64,000 nucleotides of DNA from Eubacteriales bacterium (GTDB lineage Bacteria > Bacillota > Clostridia > Oscillospirales > QAKW01): assembly GCA_045546995.1 (NCBI GenBank), contig JAZQDW010000071.1, positions 13,105 to 77,104 on the forward strand, written 5' to 3'. Below, in pieces: positions 17,508 through 27,746 of this stretch. The notes under the pieces are model-generated. The model was not told where the DNA came from and made no database searches. It saw only the letters and a program-made list of their open reading frames with translations. The position numbers were made by a program, and so were the translations under genes. Each line of letters opens with the position of its first letter. The stretch's first letter is position 1.

Positions 17508-19598
17508 ATGAAATGTTTAAACTGCGGAAGCGAAATACCGAAGGGTAATGCGTTCTGCGGCAAATGCGGCTGGCAGGTCGAGGCTGAATACGTCAATCCC
17601 AAGCCACGGCCGCAGGATGATTCTGCGGCAGACCTGTCGGAGCAACCTCCGACAGCCGGTGACACGTCGTACGGCGGCCCGTACGACGGCGGTTACGGCG
17701 GCCCGTACGACGGCGGCTATGACAGCCCGTATGACGGCGCTAATAACCCACCTGCCAAATCATATAATAAGATCATTGCGATCGCCATCATTGCGGTGGC
17801 TGCCGTTGTGGCTGTCGTGGCGTTGGTGTTCGGCGCCGTTTCTCTGGCATCCTTTATCAAAAGCAGTATGCCGCTTTCCGATGAGGAGGCGGCGCCGCTG
17901 ATCACGGAGGTCGCCGACAAACTGGAGGATCATGATTATGATGCGGCCGAGCAGGTGCTCGACGGACTCAAACTGAAGGAAGGATCCAAATATGCGGCTA
18001 CGGTGGAGGAATTCCGTGAGATTGCCGATATGAAACCGGAGGTCGTCAGCACCAATACGGATAGCTATCCCAGCATCGAGATCGTGATGGAAACGGACAA
18101 TTCCGATATCGAATACACGCAGGAGGATTTCAAACTGCTGGATCGGTATGATGAAGAGGTTACCATCGACAGCTTTAAGGTTGACGGCAACAAATACACC
18201 ATTACATACACGACGGCTGAAAATGACGACGGCGAAGATATTGAGGAATCGTTGTCCTTCCTGCGCTACGTTACGATCGATTTTTATCTGCCGGTTACCT
18301 ACGTTTCCAAGCATATCACGCAGGTCGATATTTCCTATATCACTTCCAACGTTGAGGATTATCCCGAAATGTCGCTGTATCTGCGCGTGGTGGACGAAAA
18401 CGGCGAGCCGGTGGAAGGTCTGGATGAGAATTCCTTTGTGATCAAGGAAAGCCTTGATATTGACGATTTCATCGAAAGAGACGTAATTTATGCCGCCAAG
18501 ATCGACGGCCAAGACGCCCTTAACGTCAGCCTGGCCATCGACAGAAGCCACAGCATCGATGACAGCGATATGTATAAGATCAAAAATGCGACCAACACGT
18601 TTTTGTCAAAGCTGCAGTTTGATGCCGGTGATAAGGCGGAGATCGTTTCCTTTGATACCAACGTTATGCAGATGTGTCTGTTTACCAACAATAAGGCCAA
18701 TTTGATGAACGGTGTCAACAGTATGTTCCCCTACGGCACCACCGCCTGCTATGACGCCATTGTCAGATCTATCCAGAATGCCAGCGTGCAAAGCGGCGCC
18801 AGATGCGTAATTGTATTTACTGACGGTCTGGACAATGAAAGTGTCAATACGGTGGACAGCGTGATTCGTCTCGCCAGAAGCAAGAGCGTACCGGTATATA
18901 CCATCGGTGTCGGCAACAGTCTGGACGTTACCGCCCTGCGTCGAATCGCCGAAAGTACGGGCGGCACTTATCATCATATTGATGACGTTTCGGCAATGAG
19001 CCGCGTATACGAAGAGATCTACAGAGAGCAGAAGAGCCTGTACCATATCAAGTGCATCAGCGATAAAGCCATTGCAAAGGATGCGGAGAGAAGGATTGTC
19101 ATCAACGTATCGGGCAATTGCTGTATCGGCGAATACGAAACCGTTTATACTCCCATCGTTCCCATTAAGGTCACCACACACAGTTCGAGATATGAGGTGA
19201 TCAAGGCAGACGTTTCCTGGGAGGAGGCCAATCGACTGTGCATCAATAAGGGCGGCCACCTTGCAACCATTACCAGCCGGGCAGAGGAACAGAAAATCAT
19301 TGCACTGGCGGAAAAGGTGGGGATTGATAACGTTTGGATCGGCGGCTATACGACCAACGACCGATACGGTGATTCCGTCGGGCACTGGGTAATGGGCGAA
19401 CCGTTCATCTATCAAAACTGGTACCCCGGCGAACCTTCGAGATTTGACAGTAGCGATAATGAACAGGAATTTTATCTGATGCTTTGGAAGATCAAAAACG
19501 TTTGGTCGTGGAACGACGAGCGTAATGACCTGATCAACAGTCAGTTTGCAGGCGCCTATAAGGGCAAGATGGGATACGTGATCGAATATGAGTATTAA
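17508..19598 (+). CDS. Zinc-ribbon/TM/VWA/C-type lectin domain protein
   Basis: CLNCG..FCGKCG; single TM; MIDAS DRSHS...T...TDG; SWEEA..C...GGHLATI, WIGG, NWYPGEP, WND C-type lectin motifs. Confidence 0.85.
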   Translation: MKCLNCGSEIPKGNAFCGKCGWQVEAEYVNPKPRPQDDSAADLSEQPPTAGDTSYGGPYDGGYGGPYDGGYDSPYDGANNPPAKSYNKIIAIAIIAVAAVVAVVALVFGAVSLASFIKSSMPLSDEEAAPLITEVADKLEDHDYDAAEQVLDGLKLKEGSKYAATVEEFREIADMKPEVVSTNTDSYPSIEIVMETDNSDIEYTQEDFKLLDRYDEEVTIDSFKVDGNKYTITYTTAENDDGEDIEESLSFLRYVTIDFYLPVTYVSKHITQVDISYITSNVEDYPEMSLYLRVVDENGEPVEGLDENSFVIKESLDIDDFIERDVIYAAKIDGQDALNVSLAIDRSHSIDDSDMYKIKNATNTFLSKLQFDAGDKAEIVSFDTNVMQMCLFTNNKANLMNGVNSMFPYGTTACYDAIVRSIQNASVQSGARCVIVFTDGLDNESVNTVDSVIRLARSKSVPVYTIGVGNSLDVTALRRIAESTGGTYHHIDDVSAMSRVYEEIYREQKSLYHIKCISDKAIAKDAERRIVINVSGNCCIGEYETVYTPIVPIKVTTHSSRYEVIKADVSWEEANRLCINKGGHLATITSRAEEQKIIALAEKVGIDNVWIGGYTTNDRYGDSVGHWVMGEPFIYQNWYPGEPSRFDSSDNEQEFYLMLWKIKNVWSWNDERNDLINSQFAGAYKGKMGYVIEYEY
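17670..17739 (+). repeat. 24-bp coding tandem repeat (YGGPYDGG, about 3 copies)
   Basis: TACGGCGGCCCGTACGACGGCGGT units. Confidence 0.85.
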
Positions 19599-20811
19599 AA
19601 AAATAAAGCCGGTTATCATTGCGATCCTGATTATTTGCGTGATTACTTTTACAGTGATGTGGCTGATCAAAAACACCCCGTCCGAAGAGGGGGAGAGTGG
19701 CTTCTTCTCTTTCGGTGATACGAACGCAGATTCAAACGGCTCTGCCGATGACCCGCAGGCAGAGGATGACCGTATTACCAAAAAAGCAAATAAAATGCTC
19801 AAAAAGATGTCCTTGCGGGAAAAACTGTACCAGATGTTTATCGTCACCCCGGATATGCTTTCGGGGGAGACGGGGATCAAAAGCACCACGCCTGCCCTGG
19901 AAGAAGGGATCAAAACCTTCCCGGTAGGCGGTCTGATCTTCTTTAAAGATAATATCGAGTCTGCCGAGCAGATCAAGGATATGATTCAGCAGGCGGACCG
20001 TCAATCCGAGATCCCCATGTTTTTCTCTGTCGATCAGGAGGGCGGTATGGTCGCCCGACTGAAGGAAAACGTTGGCTTCCCCATATTTGAAAATATGTAT
20101 CATTATAAAGATATGGGCGAGCAAACGGCCTATGATAACGCCAAAACGATCGCCGACAAACTGGCCGAACTGCGCTTTAATCTGGATTTTGCCCCCGTCG
20201 CCGACGTGTGGAGCAATAAAGAAAACACGGTGATCGGTCAGCGGGCGTACGGCGATGATTATCAGCAGACGGCAACGCTCGTTCAGAATGCGGTCAAGGG
20301 CTTTAAGGACGGTAACGTCATCTGCACGCTCAAGCATTTTCCGGGTCACGGCGATACACTGGTGGACACCCATCAAAATCTGGCCTATGTCTCCAAGACA
20401 AAGGAACAACTGAAAAGCGAGGAACTGTTGCCCTTTATGGCCGGTATCGAGGCCGGCGCGGAGGTCGTGATGGTCGGCCATCTGGTGGTTAGTGAAATTG
20501 ATAAAGAGGATCCGGCAACGCTTTCCAAGGCCGTTATTACCGATTTCTTGAAAGAAGAGATGGGCTATGAGGGCATTGTGATCACGGATGCGCTGAATAT
20601 GGGCGCAGTGGCTAATATGTATACCTCGGGTGATATGTGCGCCAAGGCGGTCAAAGCGGGTGTGGACGTCCTGCTGATGCCCACCCAGCTGCGAGCAGGC
20701 GCCGCAGGTATTGAAAAGGCGGTCCTTTCCGGCGAGATCAGCGAGGACAGAATTGACGAAAGCGTCCGTAAGATCCTGAAACTGAAAATCAAATACGGAA
20801 TCATTCAATAA
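19588..20811 (+). CDS. Membrane-anchored GH3 beta-N-acetylhexosaminidase (NagZ-like)
   Basis: DQEGG, APVADV, KHFPGHGDT.VDTH, TDALNMGA motifs; N-terminal TM. Confidence 0.9.
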   Translation: MSIKKIKPVIIAILIICVITFTVMWLIKNTPSEEGESGFFSFGDTNADSNGSADDPQAEDDRITKKANKMLKKMSLREKLYQMFIVTPDMLSGETGIKSTTPALEEGIKTFPVGGLIFFKDNIESAEQIKDMIQQADRQSEIPMFFSVDQEGGMVARLKENVGFPIFENMYHYKDMGEQTAYDNAKTIADKLAELRFNLDFAPVADVWSNKENTVIGQRAYGDDYQQTATLVQNAVKGFKDGNVICTLKHFPGHGDTLVDTHQNLAYVSKTKEQLKSEELLPFMAGIEAGAEVVMVGHLVVSEIDKEDPATLSKAVITDFLKEEMGYEGIVITDALNMGAVANMYTSGDMCAKAVKAGVDVLLMPTQLRAGAAGIEKAVLSGEISEDRIDESVRKILKLKIKYGIIQ

Positions 20812-20813
20812 TA

Positions 20814-20847
20814 AAAACGGCACGTGAAATTTCACGTGCCGTTTTTT
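20814..20847 (+). terminator. Intrinsic terminator
   Basis: AAAACGGCACGTGAAATTTCACGTGCCGTTTTTT. Confidence 0.85.
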
Positions 20848-20971
20848 GGAAAATTTGGGGCATCCTACGTAGGGGGATCATGGCAAATTGTGAATAATAA
20901 AAAGTCACCTTTACAAATGACAGTGTTTGTAATATAATATATTATGTATGATTTGTTGAAAGGAGCGGCCT

Positions 20972-22537
20972 ATGAAAAAGCAGGGAAAAGGTGCAACTTA
21001 TATTATCATTCTGGCGTGCATTTTGTTGACCAAGGTACTGGGCTTGGCGAGAAATGTTTTGCTGTCTGCTTTTTACGGCACCGGCGCGGAGGCGGAGGTG
21101 TTTCAGGCGGTCAGTAAATTGCCGTTGACCCTCTATGACGTTACGCTGGGGACCGCCATCGTCAGTGCCTTTATTCCCGTGTTTAACGAGCGGCTGACCA
21201 AGGACGGTAAGGTCGAGGCCGAGCGGTTTGCCGGTAACTTTATGTGCCTTGCCGGCACCTTCAGTGTGGTGGTCTGCCTGTTGGGTATGATCTTTCCCAA
21301 CGTGTTTGTCAGCATCGTTGCCGCCGGCTTTGAAGGGGAGCAGCTTATGCTGGCGCTGGAGATGATGCGCTATATCCTGCCCGTCATTTTGTTTGCGACC
21401 GTCACCTATATTTTTATCGGTATTTTGCAGTCCTATGGGGAGTTTACCGCACCCGGACTTGTCAGCCTGTTTACCAATCTTGCGCTGATCGTTTATTTTG
21501 TATTTTTCAATCGCTATTTCGGCATTCGCGGTCTGGCGGTGGCCTTTACCGTGGGTTGGGCGTTGCAGCTTTTGTATCTGTTGCCCTTTGTGATCAAAAA
21601 GAAATTCCGTTTTTATTTCTCGCTGAAGCTGTCGGGGGATATGCGGCGGGTGTTGCTGTTGACCCTTCCGCTGTTCGTCTCCTCGCTGGCACAGCCGATT
21701 AACACCATTATTTCTACCAATATGTCTTCCTCGATGGATGCGGGCGCTCTCAGCGTGCTCAGCTATGCTTACGAGGCGTACTTTATTCTGGCGGCGGTAT
21801 TTGCCAGCGCCATGACCAACCTGTATTTTCCCGAACTCAGCCGTCGGTTTGCCGCTGACGATCGGGCGGGCGCGGCGGAGATCGGCAGCAAAATGATCCG
21901 TACGGTCAGTGCCATCGTATTGCCCATTACGGCGTTTATGGCGGTGTGCGGCACGCCCATCATCCGCGTGCTGTATCAGCGGGGCGAATTTACGGCGGCG
22001 GATACGGCGGCCGTAGCCGCTTGTCTGGCCATTTATTGTCTGGGTATGCTGGCGCTTTCCCTGCAGGAGATCCTTAATAAATTTTTCTATTCGATGCAAA
22101 AACCGATTTATCCCATGATCGCCGCTATCGGCGGTATTTTGCTGAATCTGGGACTGAGCTTTTGGTTTGTCTATTCCTTCGGAAAGTATCAGTTGTTGGC
22201 GTGGGCAACGGTGTTCAGCGGTTGGTTTATGGCCTTGTTGCTGATGGTTTTTGTCGCCAAAAAAGTGCCGCAGCTGGTCACGAAAGGTCTGTTTTTGTCC
22301 CTGGGCAAAACCTTGCTTGCCTCGCTGGCGCTGGGCGGCGCTGCGTGGGGCGTTTGCCGTCTGGCAGACGGTGAGGGCCTGGTGCGCTCCGTTTTGTGCG
22401 TTGCGGCTGCGCTGTTGGTTGGCGCCGTTGTGTATTTTTTGGTTTTGTGGCTCACCCGTTCGGAAGAATTGAGTGAGATTTTGTCTATGCTGAAACGTAA
22501 AAAGAGAAAGGGGGCGGCTTCGTGCGACAATACGTAA
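20972..22537 (+). CDS. murJ: MurJ/MviN family lipid II/polysaccharide flippase
   Basis: KVLGLAR..L...YG, AFIPVF, YQRGEFT, FYS motifs; about 14 TM. Confidence 0.9.
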   Translation: MKKQGKGATYIIILACILLTKVLGLARNVLLSAFYGTGAEAEVFQAVSKLPLTLYDVTLGTAIVSAFIPVFNERLTKDGKVEAERFAGNFMCLAGTFSVVVCLLGMIFPNVFVSIVAAGFEGEQLMLALEMMRYILPVILFATVTYIFIGILQSYGEFTAPGLVSLFTNLALIVYFVFFNRYFGIRGLAVAFTVGWALQLLYLLPFVIKKKFRFYFSLKLSGDMRRVLLLTLPLFVSSLAQPINTIISTNMSSSMDAGALSVLSYAYEAYFILAAVFASAMTNLYFPELSRRFAADDRAGAAEIGSKMIRTVSAIVLPITAFMAVCGTPIIRVLYQRGEFTAADTAAVAACLAIYCLGMLALSLQEILNKFFYSMQKPIYPMIAAIGGILLNLGLSFWFVYSFGKYQLLAWATVFSGWFMALLLMVFVAKKVPQLVTKGLFLSLGKTLLASLALGGAAWGVCRLADGEGLVRSVLCVAAALLVGAVVYFLVLWLTRSEELSEILSMLKRKKRKGAASCDNT

Positions 22538-23949
22538 AGGACTGGCTGCAGGCCAGCGCCGTATGCCGCGGTCTGTCCAAAGCAAGCCACCGTTTTTTTG
22601 AGTTCCTGTGCAGCGGTGCCATCTGGGGCTGGCTGAGCGGGGAAAAGCAGCCGGACGGAAACAGCCGTGCCGACCGCTGGTTTGCCGCTTTTATCGACAG
22701 TAAATTTTGCGACTTTTTGCGTTCCTCAACGCTGCTTGGTCTGCTGATGCGTATTCCCAATCTGCCGTGGGTGTTTTTAATGATCACCCTCATTGCGGCT
22801 ATGGCGTTGCCTACGTTGGGCGTGATGTGCCTGTCATTGCTGACCTTACTTTTTACCCTGCTGTCTTTGATTTTTCGTAAGACGGAGTTGCCGGCTGTCT
22901 CCGGCGGCATTCGCGTATGGTTTTTATATGCGCTGATCACGCTGGTTTACACCTTTGTCAATTACGGAGGACTGAAGGGTATGTTGGCCGGCGGTATCCG
23001 TTTTTGTATGCTGCCGCTGTTGCCCTGCGCCTGGGTCATATTGCAGGGGAGCAAACAGGTGTGGCGGACGGTCTATACCTTTACCGGCGCCTCGCTGGCT
23101 GTGGGACTGTACGGAATGTACCAGTATTTCAGCGGCTCGTTGAGTACCAAATGGACGGACGTGGATCTGTTTTCCGAATCCTTCGGACGGCTGGTCTCCA
23201 CCTTTGAAAACCCTAACGTATACGGCACCTTCCTGCTGATCGCCCTGCCGGTAGTCGGCATAGCGTCCATTTTCGTCAAAGGTTGGCGCAGTAAAGTGTT
23301 TTTCTGGTTTACGGCGGCACTGCTGACCGTCAATATGTTTCTGACCTATTCTCGCGGATGTTATCTGGCGTTGGTGATCAGCCTGCTGGTATTGTTGATC
23401 GTCAAGGGGCGCAATTGGATTTGGGGCGGCATCGGCGCCATAGCGCTGTGCCCGCTGTACCTGCCGGAAAGCGTGCTCAGCCGTATCGCCAGTATCGGCA
23501 ATATGGCAGACAGTTCGATTGCCTACCGTGTCAATATCTGGATCGGCAGTCTTGATATGTTGAAGGAATATTGGTGGATGGGTGTCGGCATCGGCGACGG
23601 CGCTTTTCGCAGTATTTACGAAAATCACGCATTGATCGCTGTGGAGGATGCCCCTCACGCCCATAATCTGCTGTTGCAGACTATGGCGGAAAGCGGTATT
23701 CTGGGCTTGCTGATTTTGGCGTTGTTGTTTGCATTTTTGTTCCGCAGTGCCATTTCTGCGGTTATGCGCAGCAGCGGCGCGGCGAAATGGCTGCGTCTGG
23801 CGCTGATCGTTGCCTGGTGTGGACTGTTGTTCCAAGGACTGACGGATTACATATTTTATAATAACAACCTTTTTGCCATTATGATGGTCTCCCTCGGGAT
23901 GATGATCGGCAATATTCAACGAAAGGATGGAACGGAAAATGAAGGGTAA
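22522..23949 (+). CDS. O-antigen ligase/Wzy-like polymerase family protein
   Basis: STFENPN, TYSRG, R..IW, HAHNLLLQ..AE.G motifs. Confidence 0.88.
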   Translation: MRQYVKDWLQASAVCRGLSKASHRFFEFLCSGAIWGWLSGEKQPDGNSRADRWFAAFIDSKFCDFLRSSTLLGLLMRIPNLPWVFLMITLIAAMALPTLGVMCLSLLTLLFTLLSLIFRKTELPAVSGGIRVWFLYALITLVYTFVNYGGLKGMLAGGIRFCMLPLLPCAWVILQGSKQVWRTVYTFTGASLAVGLYGMYQYFSGSLSTKWTDVDLFSESFGRLVSTFENPNVYGTFLLIALPVVGIASIFVKGWRSKVFFWFTAALLTVNMFLTYSRGCYLALVISLLVLLIVKGRNWIWGGIGAIALCPLYLPESVLSRIASIGNMADSSIAYRVNIWIGSLDMLKEYWWMGVGIGDGAFRSIYENHALIAVEDAPHAHNLLLQTMAESGILGLLILALLFAFLFRSAISAVMRSSGAAKWLRLALIVAWCGLLFQGLTDYIFYNNNLFAIMMVSLGMMIGNIQRKDGTENEG

Positions 23950-24448
23950 ATATCGTTTGTTCGGCAAAATTCCGGTGGCGGATATACTGGTGGTCGCGGT
24001 GTTGATCGCCGCCCTGGCCGCCGCCGTTTGGGTACTGACCCGTCAGGAGGTCAGCGAGCAGACCGGCGCGGAATCGCAGGTCGAACAGAGTTATCCGTTT
24101 AAGGCCGTTTTGATGGTCAAGGACGTAAACGAAGAGTATACGACGTTGCCTGCCGTGGGGGACGAGCTGTATTTGCGCGGCGGCAGTCGCTTTGGTAAGA
24201 TCACCAAGATCGAGCAAACTCCTTACGGTGAATACCGTTACCGTGAAACGGACGGTAAGCAGATTTTTACCGAGCTGGAGGGGAAAAGCACCTTGTACTT
24301 TACCGTAGAAGGGGAGGCAAGTGCTAACTCCGGTCTCGGTATGTTCATCGATAAAAACCGTCTGGCATATGGTCAAGCATTGCTGGTGGGTACCGAAAAA
24401 TATTATTGGGGCACTACGTTGGTACAGATCGAGGAGGTAGCAAAATGA
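23927..24448 (+). CDS. DUF4330-like membrane-anchored protein
   Basis: K.RLFGKI...DILVV N-terminal signature, single TM. Confidence 0.7.
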   Translation: MERKMKGKYRLFGKIPVADILVVAVLIAALAAAVWVLTRQEVSEQTGAESQVEQSYPFKAVLMVKDVNEEYTTLPAVGDELYLRGGSRFGKITKIEQTPYGEYRYRETDGKQIFTELEGKSTLYFTVEGEASANSGLGMFIDKNRLAYGQALLVGTEKYYWGTTLVQIEEVAK

Positions 24449-24948
24449 TGAAAAACGGAAAACTTTTTTCAAAATTGTCGCTGATCGATCTGTTGGTGAT
24501 TTTGCTGATCGTGCTGATCCTGGTCGTTGCAGTGGTTCGTTTGGGCCTGTTTTCCACGCCGGAGGAGGCGCAGGAGCAAGTCCAGCCGGTGACCTACGAA
24601 ACGGTGGAGTGTAATTTGCAGGCGCGTTATACCATTTCTGCCACTATGCAGGGCGAGCCGTTTACCGTTGGTGAAAAGGTGTATATCGCCACCAAGCAGC
24701 TTGGTGTGATCGAGAAGATCGAACGGGAGCCGGCAACCACCCGTGTTACGCTGGAGGATGGGTCGATTGTAACCACCGAGCGGCAGGATGCGTATAATTA
24801 TATTGTAACCATCAAAACCAAGCTGACCAAAAAAGACGGTATGCTGTATTTTTATAAGGTACCGGTCAACGTTGGCTCCGGTCTGACCTTGATCTCCCAT
24901 TATTATTCAGGTAAGGCCTACGTGATCGGTGTGGAAAAAATCCAATAA
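24445..24948 (+). CDS. DUF4330-like membrane-anchored protein
   Basis: GKLFSKLSLIDLLVIL signature; tandem paralog. Confidence 0.7.
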   Translation: MMKNGKLFSKLSLIDLLVILLIVLILVVAVVRLGLFSTPEEAQEQVQPVTYETVECNLQARYTISATMQGEPFTVGEKVYIATKQLGVIEKIEREPATTRVTLEDGSIVTTERQDAYNYIVTIKTKLTKKDGMLYFYKVPVNVGSGLTLISHYYSGKAYVIGVEKIQ

Positions 24949-25076
24949 ATGACCTTTTTCGGGCCGAAATATTGGTTACATATTACAAAACTGCACACTT
25001 TTTATTGACTTGAAGAATGATTTGTATTATTATATGACTATATTTTTACAAATTTCTTGAAATGGAGGAACTTACT

Positions 25077-25337
25077 TTGTATTCCAGAGAAGTTACTGTT
25101 AAAAACGAAGTGGGCCTGCACGCCAGACCCGTTACCTTTTTTATTCAAAAAGCCAATGAGTATAAGAGCTCCATTTGGGTGGAGAAGGATACTCGTCGCG
25201 CTAACGCAAAAAGTCTGTTGGGTGTGCTCAGCTTGGGCATCATTCAGGACAGCGCCATTACGGTCATTGCTGACGGCGTTGATGAAGAAAAGGCTGTGGA
25301 TGCCTTGGTCGAACTGATCGAGAACAACCTGGCGTAA
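25077..25337 (+). CDS. ptsH: Phosphocarrier protein HPr
   Basis: GLHARP (His15) and NAKSLLG (Ser46) motifs; TTG start after GGAGGA RBS. Confidence 0.92.
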   Translation: MYSREVTVKNEVGLHARPVTFFIQKANEYKSSIWVEKDTRRANAKSLLGVLSLGIIQDSAITVIADGVDEEKAVDALVELIENNLA

Positions 25338-25348
25338 GCTGAAAAAAC

Positions 25349-25384
25349 AAAAAGCGGTAATACCGGGTGTATTACCGCTTTTTT
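25349..25384 (+). terminator. Intrinsic terminator
   Basis: AAAAAGCGGTAATAC-loop-GTATTACCGCTTTTT. Confidence 0.8.
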
Positions 25385-25398
25385 ACTTTGGAGAGTAT

Positions 25399-27192
25399 AT
25401 GAGCCGTAAAGAATGCCTTGAAAAAATCAAGCAATTGCCCATGTCCCCCGGGGTTTATATTATGAAGGACCGCGCGGGTAAGATCATCTACGTGGGCAAG
25501 GCGAAAAAACTGTATAACCGTGTGGGGCAGTATTTTGTGGGCAATCACGCGCCCAAGGTGCAACGGATGGCCGATCAGATCTGGGATTTTGACTATATCG
25601 TCACGCCCAGCGAGACGCAAGCGTTGATTTTGGAAAATACGCTGATCAAATTGCATCGCCCCAAATATAATATTTTGCTTAAGGATGATAAGAGTTATCC
25701 TTATCTGGCGCTGGATAAAACCCTGCCTTGGCCCCGTCTCGAGCTGTGCCGTAAACGGGAGCGGGATGGTAAGGTGTATTTCGGCCCCTTTGCCTCGGGC
25801 AAAACGGTACGGGATATCAAACGGCAGACCGAACAGTTGTTCGGTCTGGTAACCTGCGCCCCCAAACCGGGGACAAAGCCCTGTCTGTCCGCCGACCTGG
25901 GACATTGTTGCGCACCGTGCAGTGGGAAGGTGACCCGAGAGGAATATGCCAAACGTGTGGAGCAGGCGCTGGACTTTCTGAAAGGGGATTATAAAAAGAC
26001 GCTGGGCGTTCTGCGTACCGAAATGATGCAGGCGGCGGAAGATCTGGCCTTTGAAAAGGCCGCCTCCCTGCGGGATCGCATTCGCAGTATTGAAAAACTG
26101 GGAGAACAGCAAATTATGGTGCTGGCGCCCGACGTAGACGAGGACGTGTTCGGCTCGGCCGAGCTGGAGGATAAGCAAGGCGTTTGCGTGTTGCAGATCC
26201 GTTCCGGTCGACTGTGCAGACAGAATCGCTTTTTCTTTGATACGCCCGAGGATGGGCTAATGTCCTTTATACAACAGTATTATGAGGAGGGCGCCGAGAT
26301 TCCCTCCCGCATCGTCTGTCAAAGACCGTTGCCGGAGGTGTTGCAAGCCTGGTTACAGGATAAACGGGGCGGCAGTATTCGGATGATCTGCCCTCAACGG
26401 GGAGAACAACTCAAATTGCTCGCATTGGCTGAAAAAAATGCAATGGAAGGGCTGCAACTGCGTCGCTCGGTACAGCATAAAATTCATCGTACCGGCGTGG
26501 CGTTGGGTGAATTTTTGGGGCTGAAGCACTCGCCGTTGCGAATTGAAATGTACGATATCTCCAACTTTGGCGAGGATGCTATGGTCGGTGGTATGATCGT
26601 CTGGGAAAACGGCAGTCTGAAGAAAAATCAGTACCGTCGCTTTGTTATTAAGGAGCAGGGTCAGGTGGACGACTATGCTGCCACCCGTCAGATGCTCTCC
26701 CGCCGCTTGGCAGATTACCGTGACGGAAAGGACGGTTTTGAAAAGGCGCCGGATCTGATCGTTATGGACGGCGGATTGGGACATATCGGCGCCGTGGCCG
26801 ATCTGGTGACGGAGAACTTGCCGGATTGCGCTCTGTTCGGCGCCGTAAAGGACGGCCATCACCGTACCCGTGCTCTGGTTAATCCTCGGGGGGAGGAGAT
26901 CGGGCTGGCCGGCAATGCCACCTGGTTTAAATTTTTTGCCGATCTGCAGGAGGAAGTACACCGCTACACCATTGCTTTTATGCACCGCAAAAAAACCAAG
27001 CAGATGACCGCCTCACCGCTGTTGTCCATCCCCGGTGTGGGGCCTAAACGGATGAAACTGTTGTTCGATCATTTTAAAACGGTGGCGGCAATGCGCAGCG
27101 CCGACTTTGACGAACTGTGTGCATTGCCCGGTATGCCGCAAAATGCGGCGGCGGCCGTGTATCACTATTTTCATGGGGAGGAAAAGGAATGA
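25399..27192 (+). CDS. uvrC: Excinuclease ABC subunit C
   Basis: GIY-YIG (PGVY..IYVGKAK), UVR domain, RNase H-like (YDIS, DGG, EEVHR), HhH (IPGVG). Confidence 0.97.
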   Translation: MSRKECLEKIKQLPMSPGVYIMKDRAGKIIYVGKAKKLYNRVGQYFVGNHAPKVQRMADQIWDFDYIVTPSETQALILENTLIKLHRPKYNILLKDDKSYPYLALDKTLPWPRLELCRKRERDGKVYFGPFASGKTVRDIKRQTEQLFGLVTCAPKPGTKPCLSADLGHCCAPCSGKVTREEYAKRVEQALDFLKGDYKKTLGVLRTEMMQAAEDLAFEKAASLRDRIRSIEKLGEQQIMVLAPDVDEDVFGSAELEDKQGVCVLQIRSGRLCRQNRFFFDTPEDGLMSFIQQYYEEGAEIPSRIVCQRPLPEVLQAWLQDKRGGSIRMICPQRGEQLKLLALAEKNAMEGLQLRRSVQHKIHRTGVALGEFLGLKHSPLRIEMYDISNFGEDAMVGGMIVWENGSLKKNQYRRFVIKEQGQVDDYAATRQMLSRRLADYRDGKDGFEKAPDLIVMDGGLGHIGAVADLVTENLPDCALFGAVKDGHHRTRALVNPRGEEIGLAGNATWFKFFADLQEEVHRYTIAFMHRKKTKQMTASPLLSIPGVGPKRMKLLFDHFKTVAAMRSADFDELCALPGMPQNAAAAVYHYFHGEEKE

Positions 27193-27746
27193 GGATCATT
27201 GCGGGACAACGCCGCGGAAAGAAATTGCTGGCGCCGGAGGGAATGGATACCCGTCCCACGCTGGATCGGGTCAAACAGCGGATGTTTGACTGTATCCAGT
27301 TTGAGATCGAGGGTACTACGGTGCTGGATCTGTTTGCCGGCAGTGGACAGCTTGGACTGGAGGCGCTCAGCAGAGGGGCGACCTTTTGCCATTTCAATGA
27401 TATGGACCGTTCTGCCGCCAACGTGGTACAAAAAAATATAATTGCTTGCGGATTTGAAAAAAATTCGTCGCTCACTTGCAATTTGTATAATGATTGTGTT
27501 ACAATATGTAAGAGAAAGGGGTTACGCTTTACACTGGTGTTGCTGGACCCGCCTTATCAGCGGGGATTGTTGGCCGGCGCATTGCAGGCGCTTAAGGATG
27601 CCGACGTTTTGGCGCCGGGCGCCTTGATCGTGTGTGAGCGTGCTTCGGAGGATGAGTGGACCGTTCCGGAAGGCTTTGCCTTGTATAAGGACAAGCAGTG
27701 CGGTCAGGTTTGTTTTTCTGTATTGAAAAAGGAGGAATTGCTGTGA
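27189..27746 (+). CDS. rsmD: 16S rRNA m2G966 methyltransferase
   Basis: MRIIAG, TRPT.DRVK, DLFAGSG, DPPY. Confidence 0.95.
   Translation: MRIIAGQRRGKKLLAPEGMDTRPTLDRVKQRMFDCIQFEIEGTTVLDLFAGSGQLGLEALSRGATFCHFNDMDRSAANVVQKNIIACGFEKNSSLTCNLYNDCVTICKRKGLRFTLVLLDPPYQRGLLAGALQALKDADVLAPGALIVCERASEDEWTVPEGFALYKDKQCGQVCFSVLKKEELL

Noticed and set aside
19180-19598. C-type lectin domain as a DGR target
   Set aside because: No reverse transcriptase and no template repeat with adenine-specific differences is seen in the window.
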